The position numbers were made by a program, and so were the translations under genes. Shown piece by piece: positions 9,103-18,247 of a DNA stretch of 32,000 nt. Numbering within the stretch: position 1 is the first letter of the stretch; each line of letters begins with the position of its first letter. The stretch is from Clostridia bacterium. GTDB lineage: Bacteria; Bacillota; Clostridia; TANB77; CAG-508. The notes beneath the pieces were generated by a model. It made no database searches and was not told the DNA's origin. It was given only the letters and a program-made list of their open reading frames with translations. The stretch is taken from positions 57,577-89,576 of the forward strand of contig JAFWNC010000010.1 in NCBI GenBank assembly GCA_017510525.1, read 5' to 3'.

Positions 9103-9143
9103 ATTTCCTAAGAAATACCCAAACAGAATCGAGGTGAGAAGTA

Positions 9144-12100
9144 ATGAGTGATAATAATTATACTGGTCCAGATGATGAAAACGATATAGATGATGAAGAT
9201 GAGATTAGCAATGCCGAGGCTAATTATTCATGGTCTATGAATGATGATTATGAAGAAAACGAACAAGATGATGAAGAAAAAAATAAAAAAGATGATAATA
9301 AAACGGATAGAGATAAAGACAAAGATAAAGATAAGAACAAAAGCCAAGATTCTGCTGAAAAAGATGGAGATAAAGGTAGTAAAGCAAAAGAAACAAGTGA
9401 CAAGAAAGATTATAGCTGGTCAAAAGACTGGGGACAAGAAGAAAGAGACTGGGATGGATCAGTTAGTGCACATGGAAAAACATCCCAAAAAGATAATTGG
9501 TCAGATGGCTGGGAAAATGCTGAAAGAGATTGGGATAGCTCAATACATGCTCATTATGGAACCAAAGAAGCTGGAGAAGAGGCTGCAAAAGAGGCAGCTC
9601 AGGAAGCAGCAAAAGAATCTGCGAAAAGAGCGGGAGAAGAAATTGCAAAAGATGTAGCAGCTGAAGGAACAAAACAAGGTGCATTAGAACTTATATCAAG
9701 CCTTGGGTTACCAGGTTTAATAATAATTGCTATCATAATATTAATAATTATAATAATTGGAGTTATAGGATATTTATATTATGCACCTAATATGGTAAAA
9801 GATAAATTAAAAGAAATGGCAACAGAGTATTTTAATGATTTACATGGATATATTGTTGGTAAAGATGAGGCAATGGTAACTGATAGCCAGTTAGTATCAG
9901 TCGCTCAGTATCTTCAAGACATGGGTTATGATTTGGTTGGAATGGGATTTGCAACAGATATACAATATAAAGACGGAACTGATGATGAGATTATAAGTAT
10001 TGAAAGTCCAATAATAAGAAGCTATTTAATTGCAGAGAATAGAACATATTTAATATCAAATGATAATTTTAATTTAAAAGATATGACTCAAGATTTATTA
10101 GATTTAAGTAGATGGGAATCACCAGGATCTGCTTGGGGAGCAGGAATGATCCATATTGATGATGGGATATTATATGATATTAAAGTTATAGCAGATGCAT
10201 CAAATAGTATTACAGATAAAATACCGTTATTGGGGCAACTAAGCAAGCTTAATCGTGAATTTGTTACAAATAATTTAATGGATAAATTATCAGTAAATAG
10301 AGAAACAAATACATTAATAATAGAAAGAACTGATTTTGATGGGTTATTTAAATCAAGTAGAGATGTAACATATTATAATCTTGAAGGATGGTCAGGAAGA
10401 TATGGAAAACCTTTTGAATTATTATTAACATTACATGTAGCTACTATGGCTCCTGATTTAGTTTATGAAATTGCGATGAACCCTGCTCTAGATACAAAAG
10501 TTAATATTAAAACTGAAGATGTAACTTTTGAAACCCAACAGATTAATATAGAAGTAACTGCTAGAAGAGGACCTCAGAAAATAACTATTGACAGCAAAGA
10601 AAAAATCGATAGTATGAAAGAAGATATGCTTCTTGATGAACCAGTATATGAAGAAGAAACAATTAAATTTTTATATGATTTATGGGATAAGGTAGAGGAT
10701 ATAAAAACAAAAGATGTTTATATTGATTCTGTTACAAATCATTGGTTTAGAAATGTTTATTTTAATAATGCTTATAAGTCAACAGATTCAGATCCTTCTA
10801 CAGATGAAATGTCATACTCAGGAAATTTACCACCTGAATTAGATTCTGTAAGTCTAAAAGGTAAAAGACAAAATGGAATGAAACAAGTTGCTGATGGCGT
10901 TAGAGGTGAAACCAATCCAACAACCAAAGCGTTATTTAATGGCGGAGAAGTTAATGGAAAGCAGTATGATGGCAAATATTATATCTATGATGGTTCTAAG
11001 GAAACTGCAGAAGCAATAAAAAATGGAACAGCTGAAAAACAGAAAATACAAATGAACAAACTATCTCTTGATGCATTTGCAATGTTAGAACAAATGGAGT
11101 CTTTAGATTCACAGTTAATTTATAGAGATTTAAAAGAACTTGTAATTGAACTAGAATATTTCACTGAAGATGATTTTAAACAAATTGAGCAAAAATGCTT
11201 AGAATGGCCAATTGATAGATATACACCTATAGAATGGCCTTATAGAAAATGGGAAAAACAAATTTTAGAATATGGAACTTTGATTGTTTCAAAGAAAAAT
11301 GTTGAAAAATTAAAAGCTGAAGAAGGTATTGTTGATGAAAATGATACTACAACTGAAGCTACAACAGAAACTGATGAACAACAATCTGAAGAACAAGATA
11401 ATAATACAGAAAATACAGCTAAAGAAAAAATCACAGAAGGTTTTAGTTCAGGATTAGATGTATTGGCAATGGCTAAATCTACGGTTGAAGAAGTGTTTAC
11501 AGAAAGTGAAAATGATTATTCGGATGCTTTAAAAGCATCGGGAGTAGATGTTTCAGGTAGTGGAGTAAAATTAAAAATAACATCAGAAAATAGAGTTAAA
11601 GATTATACATTAATAATATTTGGATTTGACTTAGACTCAGGTATTACAGTTGGAAAAGAGCTAGAAGCAAAAACTAGTATAGGTAAGACAACAGATAGTA
11701 ATATTTGTATGATTCTATTAGATAAAAATAGAGCTGTTGTTTCAAATATAGAAGATTATATTATAGTTCCAGAACCAGAAACAGAAGATAATTTTATTCT
11801 TCCTATAGTAACAAGTGGAGAAGCACTATCTAATGTAAGTACTAAAGGTGATTATAATATTACAGATTCAAGCTATTTTGTAACAAATGTTGATCAATTT
11901 AAAGCTATGTTTTCTAATTATAAAAATATAGTTAATAATGCACAAGCATTTTTAAATATGCAATCAAAATACGGAGTCAATGCTGTATTTGCTGCAGCCG
12001 TAACTATTACTGAATCATCAGGAGGAACATCATGGGGAGCAATAGCTGAATCAACTCATAATTGGTTTTCACTAACAGGTGCATATAATGGAAAAACATA

Positions 12101-12320
12101 CAAAAATCCTAATAGTAGTAATAAAAGAACATGGAGAGTATATCCTGACTTTGCAACTGCTGTTGATGATTTTGGAAATCTTATAAAAAATGGTTCATAT
12201 TATATTAAAGCAGGAAAAGTTACACCTGCACAAATGAGTGAAACTTTCTGTGGAGGATCAAGTTGGGGAGATAGTGTTAATAAATTTATGACACAAGCAT
12301 ACTCACAGATAAATAAATAA
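9144..12320 (+). CDS. Giant T4SS-associated peptidoglycan hydrolase with a C-terminal GH73 (FlgJ/mannosyl-glycoprotein endo-beta-N-acetylglucosaminidase-like) domain
   Basis: The C-terminus reads AQAFLNMQSKYGVNAVFAAAVTITESSGGTSWGAIAESTHNWFSLTG...WRVYPDFATAVDDFGNLI, with the candidate catalytic Glu codon at 12012-12014. The N-terminus is ~190 aa of acidic D/E/K low complexity, followed by one TM (LPGLIIIAIIILIIIIIGVIGYLYY). Confidence 0.7.
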   Translation: MSDNNYTGPDDENDIDDEDEISNAEANYSWSMNDDYEENEQDDEEKNKKDDNKTDRDKDKDKDKNKSQDSAEKDGDKGSKAKETSDKKDYSWSKDWGQEERDWDGSVSAHGKTSQKDNWSDGWENAERDWDSSIHAHYGTKEAGEEAAKEAAQEAAKESAKRAGEEIAKDVAAEGTKQGALELISSLGLPGLIIIAIIILIIIIIGVIGYLYYAPNMVKDKLKEMATEYFNDLHGYIVGKDEAMVTDSQLVSVAQYLQDMGYDLVGMGFATDIQYKDGTDDEIISIESPIIRSYLIAENRTYLISNDNFNLKDMTQDLLDLSRWESPGSAWGAGMIHIDDGILYDIKVIADASNSITDKIPLLGQLSKLNREFVTNNLMDKLSVNRETNTLIIERTDFDGLFKSSRDVTYYNLEGWSGRYGKPFELLLTLHVATMAPDLVYEIAMNPALDTKVNIKTEDVTFETQQINIEVTARRGPQKITIDSKEKIDSMKEDMLLDEPVYEEETIKFLYDLWDKVEDIKTKDVYIDSVTNHWFRNVYFNNAYKSTDSDPSTDEMSYSGNLPPELDSVSLKGKRQNGMKQVADGVRGETNPTTKALFNGGEVNGKQYDGKYYIYDGSKETAEAIKNGTAEKQKIQMNKLSLDAFAMLEQMESLDSQLIYRDLKELVIELEYFTEDDFKQIEQKCLEWPIDRYTPIEWPYRKWEKQILEYGTLIVSKKNVEKLKAEEGIVDENDTTTEATTETDEQQSEEQDNNTENTAKEKITEGFSSGLDVLAMAKSTVEEVFTESENDYSDALKASGVDVSGSGVKLKITSENRVKDYTLIIFGFDLDSGITVGKELEAKTSIGKTTDSNICMILLDKNRAVVSNIEDYIIVPEPETEDNFILPIVTSGEALSNVSTKGDYNITDSSYFVTNVDQFKAMFSNYKNIVNNAQAFLNMQSKYGVNAVFAAAVTITESSGGTSWGAIAESTHNWFSLTGAYNGKTYKNPNSSNKRTWRVYPDFATAVDDFGNLIKNGSYYIKAGKVTPAQMSETFCGGSSWGDSVNKFMTQAYSQINK

Positions 12321-12334
12321 TAAAAGAGGAAATC

Positions 12335-12964
12335 ATGAAAAAAAAGAAAATAAGATTTTTAATCTTAATGATTATAATTATAAATTTAATATTTATGATG
12401 TTATTGGCTTTTGTATTACAAATGAGTAGAAACTCTAATAATGAAGAAAAAGAATCAAATAATAATTCGGACACTTTAGTTTATAAAACAGTTGATTTGG
12501 AAAAAGAAGTTAATAATGAATTTAAAAATGATAAAAAAATAGTTCCTGAAGGATTTACATTTTTAGTAAGATTTTATGAAGGTAACTTAGATGACGATTA
12601 TGTATTTGAAAAAATATATAGTTTTATATATGAGTTTATTCCAACGTTACAAGAAAAAACAAAAAACTTAACAAACGAAGAAATTATAAAATACTACAAT
12701 GATAATAGTAAAGAAATAATTAATATAACTGGAATTGAAGATAAAAATGATTTCTTAGAGTTAGTAAAATCATTAGGAGACAACAATACAATAGAGAATT
12801 ATAATAAATGTGTTTTTGATACAGAAAGTTTTGATAGTGATGAATACTACAGCAAATGTAAATTAGATATTATATATAATGACGAAGTACTACATTTCTT
12901 AATATATTTAGCTAATAATAAAGATATAACTCAACCAAATATTAAGATTATACCAATACAATAA
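12335..12964 (+). CDS. TM-anchored hypothetical protein of the T4SS block
   Basis: 209 aa with an RBS (AGAGGAAA), one N-terminal TM and no recognisable motif. Confidence 0.5.
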   Translation: MKKKKIRFLILMIIIINLIFMMLLAFVLQMSRNSNNEEKESNNNSDTLVYKTVDLEKEVNNEFKNDKKIVPEGFTFLVRFYEGNLDDDYVFEKIYSFIYEFIPTLQEKTKNLTNEEIIKYYNDNSKEIINITGIEDKNDFLELVKSLGDNNTIENYNKCVFDTESFDSDEYYSKCKLDIIYNDEVLHFLIYLANNKDITQPNIKIIPIQ

Positions 12965-12979
12965 TATGAAAGGATTCTA

Positions 12980-14467
12980 ATGAATAGGAAAAAGAAAAAA
13001 AATAAGAAAGTAATTTTAATATTTATTTTAGCTTTTGTTTTTGCTTTTATTTTAATAATGGCAAGATTGATTTCAATAAGAATAAACCAAAAGCAAAATA
13101 GCAATATCATTAATACTAATTTTCAAAGTATAAAGGATATTATTGAATTTTATGAAGCTGAATTTATAAAAGAAAAGAAATCCGAAGATGATGATTATGA
13201 TAAAGATATTTATGTTTCTTTTAAATACGAATTATTTGAAGGTAGTGAATCAAAAGAAAATTATTTTAAAATGATAATAGAAAACATAGTAAAATTTGAT
13301 AATTTTAAAGATTTTAGATTAATAGATACAGGAAAAGATATTACTATTGAAGTTAAATGTGATAAAAACACTAGTTCTATTTTAGAAATATACTACAATG
13401 GAGATAAAGATTATTTCAAAAAACATATCTCAAAAAAATCGCTTGAAAACAGCTTAAAAATAAACACAATAAAAGTTAATACAGATTCAAATATTCTAAA
13501 AGAATGTATATCTAAAAATTGGGTAACAAAGGAAATAGATTTTGGAACTTCTGAATCTAAATATAACAAATATGATATATTTTTTGATGAAGGATATAAA
13601 GTTAGAACAATTCAAAGATCTTTATATAATATAGTTTTTACAGATAAATTTACAGATTCTGTTGTAGAAGGAATAAGAGTCGGAGATGATTTTGATACAA
13701 TAAAAAAGAAACTAGGTAATAGTTATATTGAAGAAAGTGGTTTACTAGAATATAAAACACAACAATACTATATTGTTTTCTCATCAAATGAGATTTCTAT
13801 ATATCCTAATATTACTTATGAAACAAGTGATTTTGAAAATCTTGTAAAAGAATACAATCAATCAAATGATATTATTTCTTTTATGGACAAATTAACAGAC
13901 CTATGGCCAGACTATGATTATTATGTATATGATACTGGTTTCCTAGATATCTATTATACTTTAAAAGGAATAAGAATATCATTTAACATCGATGGATTAG
14001 ATGGAATAAAAGTATATGAGAACTACAAAGGAAAAATAACAGAAGAAAATGTAATATATCAATTAGATAAAAACTTGATATTTGAATCTGAGAAAAATAA
14101 ACTAGCAGATGGAGAGTTTTGGAATCCAGAAACAAATAAAGATTTAATGAAATATAGTGAAAGGTTTTATTTAAAAGCTTTAGATAAAACTGAAAATGGC
14201 AATTTCAAAAATATTAAAATATTATCTTTAGATGGTCAATATCCAGATAATGAATTTGATGAAAACTTAGAGATTTCAGATTATTATTGGATAACTGATA
14301 ATCTATTAATCTATACAATAAATAATGATGGAATTTATGGCTATAATGCAGAAACAAGAGATAAGTCAAAAGTTATAGATGTTCAAGAACAAATAGAATT
14401 ACAAGGATTTGATAAAGAAACAAAAACATTAAAGTATAATAACAAGGAAATCACATTACAATATTAA
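12980..14467 (+). CDS. TM-anchored hypothetical extracytoplasmic protein of the T4SS block
   Basis: 495 aa with a basic N-terminus plus one TM. The rest is beta-rich with no recognisable catalytic motif. Confidence 0.5.
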   Translation: MNRKKKKNKKVILIFILAFVFAFILIMARLISIRINQKQNSNIINTNFQSIKDIIEFYEAEFIKEKKSEDDDYDKDIYVSFKYELFEGSESKENYFKMIIENIVKFDNFKDFRLIDTGKDITIEVKCDKNTSSILEIYYNGDKDYFKKHISKKSLENSLKINTIKVNTDSNILKECISKNWVTKEIDFGTSESKYNKYDIFFDEGYKVRTIQRSLYNIVFTDKFTDSVVEGIRVGDDFDTIKKKLGNSYIEESGLLEYKTQQYYIVFSSNEISIYPNITYETSDFENLVKEYNQSNDIISFMDKLTDLWPDYDYYVYDTGFLDIYYTLKGIRISFNIDGLDGIKVYENYKGKITEENVIYQLDKNLIFESEKNKLADGEFWNPETNKDLMKYSERFYLKALDKTENGNFKNIKILSLDGQYPDNEFDENLEISDYYWITDNLLIYTINNDGIYGYNAETRDKSKVIDVQEQIELQGFDKETKTLKYNNKEITLQY

Positions 14468-14518
14468 AAATTTGAGCAACCGTTTTTTTGAACGTTGAAG
14501 AAATTACAAAAAATGTGA

Positions 14519-14540
14519 TAGGGGCACATCACTATGTGCC
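14519..14540 (+). repeat. GC-rich 'TAGGGGC' leader hairpin (family B)
   Basis: The sequence is taggggcacatcactatgtgcc, with stem ggcacat/atgtgcc. It is followed by AAGAAATTACTAAAAG, then the GGAGGA RBS of the 14585 gene. Confidence 0.6.
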
Positions 14541-14584
14541 TATGCTACAAAGAAATTACTAAAAGAAAGGAGGAAGAGTAATAT

Positions 14585-17500
14585 ATGAGAAATTTAAAAA
14601 GTATTATATTTAAGATTATAATAATATATGTTATTTCATATATTATTCTTTCTTCAACAGTATCTTCATTTGCAAGAATAATAGATGATTCTAGCAGAGA
14701 ACAATTAGCTCAATATACTAGAGAATTTATTTCTAAATATGGAGGAGATTCTAAATATACAACTGCATATGGATCAAATGGAGCAGGATTTAAAAGTGGT
14801 ACATTTGGACAAGGTACATTTGGTGCAGTTTGTACAACAGGTGTTGCGTATATGTATGAATTAGCATTGGGAATAAACATTTATAATCTTGGATATACAC
14901 AAAACTCTCAGAAAAATTTATCAACATTATCAAACAATCCAAATTGGGAAGTAATAACTGATTTAAGTGCAAGCAATCTAAAACCAGGAGATATATTAAC
15001 TAAGGTAGGCCACACTGAAATGTATCTAGGAAATAATCAAAATGGTAATTTCGGAAATGCACCAAATAGCGGAAATGTATATTCATGGAACGGAAAAGCT
15101 TCTTTTACTAAAGCATTCAGATTAAAAAATGTAGATGTTACAGTAAATGGAAATATACCAAGTGGTTTAACTAATACAGCATTATATGCACCCGAGAGTA
15201 CAAGTATATACAATTCACAAGGATTTGTATATCAAGGTATGCCGGAATCAGAAGGATATGAACCAAAGAGAATTGTTTTTAAAGATGTATTTAATTCACT
15301 AAGTGATGTTGTTGATTGGATAATAGGATTAAGTACATATTTATTAAGAGCAATTATAATTGGATATACAGCTATAGTTGAAAATATAATTATAGATGGA
15401 ATATTCGATACTGTAACTGGAACAGGTAAAATAGATGAGAGTCAAACCGAAGATGGAGAAGATATAACAGAAAGCAAAATTCAAAAAATAGCAGAAAATG
15501 TTTCAAAAGATGATAGAAAACCAAGTATAACAGTTGAAAATATGGTTTATAATAAAGTTCCATTCTTAGATGCAAATGTATTTAATTTAAAAACTGCAGG
15601 AGGACAAGTTGTTGAAGAAGGATCTGTTATTTATATTATAAAAACAAATGTAGCTGCTTGGTATTATGCACTTAGAGCAATTGCCATTGCAATAATGCTT
15701 GCAGTTTTAATATATCTTGGTTTTAAATTAGCATTTAATTCAATTGCAGAGAAAAAAGCTTTATATAAACAAATGTTATTAGGATGGACAGTTGGATTTA
15801 TATTATTATTTTTAATGCATTATATTATGATAATAATATTACAATTTAATGAAGAAATCTTAAGATTTTTAGTACCAACAATTGAGAATGGTACAGAATA
15901 TACATTATATGAAACAGTTAGAACAATGGCATATGAGATAAAAGCTTCAACAGGATGGGCAGGAACTATTATTTATATTGTTTTAGTTTACTATGCAATT
16001 AGATTTTTATATACATATTTAAAAAGGTTATTACATATAGTAATATTAACAATACTTTCACCAATAGTTGCATTAAGTTATGCTATTGAAAAAGTTAATA
16101 GAAAAGGTGGACGAGCAGGTGTATATGGCAATTGGCTAAAAGACTTTACTCTAACGGTTTCAATGCAATCAATTCATGCATTAGTATATACATTATTTAT
16201 AAGTACAATATTAAAGCTTACACAGGTATCATTAGTAGGAATATTAATGTCATTCGTCTTCTTAAATTTTATGTTGAAGGCTGAGAAAATATTTAGTAAA
16301 ATATTTGGATTTGGCTCTGGAACTGACTTTGGAAGAGGATTAAGACCAAGTATAATAACACAAGGATTTTTTGCAACAATGGCAGGTAAAAGATATAAAA
16401 AATATGCAAAATCAGTAACAAAGCCGGTTACAAGTACAGCTAATAAAATTAGTGAACATACATTTAATGCAACATTAAGAAAATTTGATAAGAATTATAT
16501 TGATTCAGATAACTTTGAAAGTTTAAAAGACAACTATATACAAAGAAGACAAGGCGAAAGTGATGAGAGTTTTGAAAAAAGAAAGAACGATTTTGAATAC
16601 AGTAAAAGAAGAGAGAGAGAATCTGCGTATAGAGCTTTTGAAAAAAATAGAAATGCAAATATGAAAAAAATTGCTTCTACTACTTTGAAAAGTATAAGAA
16701 ATACAGCAGGAGCAGTACTTACAATACCAGCATTTATAATAGATCCAGAGATTGGTGTTATAGTGTTAGGTCGTACAATTTCAGGTTATCAATCATTAAA
16801 GAAAGAAAAGTATAAAGCGATGGGTATTTCGGCTAGAGAAAATAGAAAGAGAATATATTCATTAATCAAGGAATATCCAGGAAAGAAAGATCAGAAAAAG
16901 GTTATTAGACAATTATTAAACTATTTAGATAAACAAGGAATTGATTACGAAGTATTTGATAATGGAATAAGTATTTATGATAAAAATACAGGAACTTGGA
17001 AAAAATTAGGTTCTTATAGAAAAGTGACGAATTTACGTTATAAATACGAGATTGATGATAATAAGAAATCAGATACACAAAAAATAGTTGATGCAATAAA
17101 TATAATGACACCATTAAAGATTAAAGATGAAACAGGATATAAAAATAAAGATTTTAGAATTGATGATGGTGAAAAAATTGAATTATTAGATGAAAATAAT
17201 AATGTTATTAAACCACGAAAATCTATTAAACAAAGGGCAAAAAGTGAATTAAAAAGTGCTGGAAAGATATTATTGTCTTTAAATGGAATGGCTTTTGTTG
17301 AAGATTTAAAAGAAATTTCAGATCAGTTACAATTAAATGTGGATGAATATAGGGAAAATGCGTTAATTATTCAAGAAGCTCATAAAAAAGAGGATGAACT
17401 TATTAAAAATTATCGTGATGTAATGGATAACAGTGTAATAATTAATACACCAAATGAAACAGAGTTATCTAGAAGAGTTAGAGAAAGAACGATTAATAAC

Positions 17501-18124
17501 TTTAATAAAAATGTTAAAAAACTTGTAGATCCGATAGATTTCGAAGATATAAAACAAGCTGTAGAAAATTATAAAGAAAGATCTAATGATGATGTTAAAA
17601 ATAGGATTAATCAAGGTATTATTAAGAGGACAGATTATACTAGAATTGCTGAAGAAATCAATAATATTTTAGAGGCTAATGGGGATGACAGAAGGGTTAA
17701 TGAAGAATTATTTACTGATAATATTGCAATAGCAGTTGAGGCCTCTAGACATAAGAATGAATACAATATTAGGGAAATGGATAGAAGATTAAGAAAGAAG
17801 AGAGAAAGAACAACAACAGAAAACAATCCTATTCAAAGTGAAAATCAAACATATAATTTTGATGAAAATACTGAAAATATAAATGAAGATTCAAATATAA
17901 ATATTGAAGAAATAATAAAAATGATACAGAATTCAACTTCTAAGCCAGAGGTAAAATACTTTAATGGTGTAACATCAGATGAATATAGGATAGCTAATAT
18001 TATTAATGAAATGAAGGAAATAAATGAAAAATCAGAAAAACATTTAAGAAGAAAGATATGGAATGTAGACAGAATTATGAAAAGTTTAAAAACTCATTAT
18101 GAAAATAATAATGGGGATATGTAA
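14585..18124 (+). CDS. Fusion protein: N-terminal NlpC/P60 (papain-like) cell-wall endopeptidase + VirB6-like polytopic core (paralog 3) + ~600-aa charged C-terminal domain
   Basis: It has a signal peptide. The P60 Cys motif is GAVCTTGVAYMYE (Cys codon 14831-14833) and the His motif is PGDILTKVGHTEMYLG (His codon 15011-15013). The core motifs WYYALRAIAIAIMLAVLIYLGFKLAFNSIAEKKALYKQML and KRLLHIVILTILSPIVALSYAIEKVNRKGGRAGVYGNWLKDF..QSIHALVY match 4337-5431 and 5501-7468. Confidence 0.7.
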   Translation: MRNLKSIIFKIIIIYVISYIILSSTVSSFARIIDDSSREQLAQYTREFISKYGGDSKYTTAYGSNGAGFKSGTFGQGTFGAVCTTGVAYMYELALGINIYNLGYTQNSQKNLSTLSNNPNWEVITDLSASNLKPGDILTKVGHTEMYLGNNQNGNFGNAPNSGNVYSWNGKASFTKAFRLKNVDVTVNGNIPSGLTNTALYAPESTSIYNSQGFVYQGMPESEGYEPKRIVFKDVFNSLSDVVDWIIGLSTYLLRAIIIGYTAIVENIIIDGIFDTVTGTGKIDESQTEDGEDITESKIQKIAENVSKDDRKPSITVENMVYNKVPFLDANVFNLKTAGGQVVEEGSVIYIIKTNVAAWYYALRAIAIAIMLAVLIYLGFKLAFNSIAEKKALYKQMLLGWTVGFILLFLMHYIMIIILQFNEEILRFLVPTIENGTEYTLYETVRTMAYEIKASTGWAGTIIYIVLVYYAIRFLYTYLKRLLHIVILTILSPIVALSYAIEKVNRKGGRAGVYGNWLKDFTLTVSMQSIHALVYTLFISTILKLTQVSLVGILMSFVFLNFMLKAEKIFSKIFGFGSGTDFGRGLRPSIITQGFFATMAGKRYKKYAKSVTKPVTSTANKISEHTFNATLRKFDKNYIDSDNFESLKDNYIQRRQGESDESFEKRKNDFEYSKRRERESAYRAFEKNRNANMKKIASTTLKSIRNTAGAVLTIPAFIIDPEIGVIVLGRTISGYQSLKKEKYKAMGISARENRKRIYSLIKEYPGKKDQKKVIRQLLNYLDKQGIDYEVFDNGISIYDKNTGTWKKLGSYRKVTNLRYKYEIDDNKKSDTQKIVDAINIMTPLKIKDETGYKNKDFRIDDGEKIELLDENNNVIKPRKSIKQRAKSELKSAGKILLSLNGMAFVEDLKEISDQLQLNVDEYRENALIIQEAHKKEDELIKNYRDVMDNSVIINTPNETELSRRVRERTINNFNKNVKKLVDPIDFEDIKQAVENYKERSNDDVKNRINQGIIKRTDYTRIAEEINNILEANGDDRRVNEELFTDNIAIAVEASRHKNEYNIREMDRRLRKKRERTTTENNPIQSENQTYNFDENTENINEDSNINIEEIIKMIQNSTSKPEVKYFNGVTSDEYRIANIINEMKEINEKSEKHLRRKIWNVDRIMKSLKTHYENNNGDM

Positions 18125-18144
18125 TGATTTTCAGGACACTTCTG

Positions 18145-18247
18145 ATTTTTAGGGACGTGATTTTTAGGGACGTGCACCAAAAGCAACTTGAGTTTTCAAC
18201 TCAAGTTGCTTTTGGTGCACGTCCCTAAAAATCACGTCCCTAAAAAT
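18145..18247. repeat. Perfect inverted repeat (50-bp arms, 3-nt loop), with each arm carrying a tandem 15-mer ATTTTTAGGGACGTG x2. It acts at minimum as a bidirectional terminator between convergent genes.
   Basis: The left arm 18145-18194 is the exact reverse complement of the right arm 18198-18247. It starts 20 nt after the TAA of the last T4SS gene, and its right arm contains the stop codon (18240-18242) of the minus-strand carboxypeptidase. Confidence 0.8.

Larger units (their letters stand above)
1..18124 (+). mobile_element. Type IV secretion / conjugative mating-pair-formation gene block of a Gram-positive ICE or plasmid-like element. The left end lies beyond the window and the right end is near the 18145-18247 inverted repeat.
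   Basis: 13 co-directional, tightly packed ORFs include a VirB4 ATPase, VirB2/VirB3-like small membrane proteins, polytopic VirB6-like proteins and two cell-wall hydrolase domains (GH73, NlpC/P60). This is the canonical Gram-positive T4SS set (Tcp/Prg/Con-type). No relaxase, coupling protein or integrase was seen in the window. Confidence 0.6.

Noticed and set aside
9241-9657. 138-aa plus-strand ORF overlapping the start of the GH73 gene in another frame, and the 9235-9684 minus-strand ORFs
   Set aside because: They are by-products of the GA/AAG-rich low-complexity region. The translation is a K/I/M-rich repeat with no RBS.
14498-14559. The 10-bp direct repeat AAGAAATTAC flanking the hairpin at 14519 as a target-site duplication
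   Set aside because: The downstream copy is part of the conserved AAGAAATNAC leader box that is also present at 9110 and 19751. The upstream copy may be coincidental in A-rich sequence. This is insufficient to claim transposition.
726-17826. Numerous 60-106-aa minus-strand ORFs inside the T4SS genes (e.g. 726-917, 1470-1655, 3141-3410, 6256-6576, 6643-6960, 16905-17114)
   Set aside because: They lie entirely antisense within long, motif-bearing plus-strand genes. They have no RBS and low-complexity or hydrophobic translations typical of AT-rich antisense frames. The same applies to 20514-20723, 22389-22706, 23261-23569 and 24950-25132 in the adhesins.
18145-18247. The tandem 15-mers as a CRISPR array, or the palindrome as oriT
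   Set aside because: Each arm has only two contiguous copies with no spacers, so it is not a CRISPR array. No relaxase gene or recognisable nick motif is nearby, so an oriT call would be speculation. It is kept only as a structural repeat or terminator.
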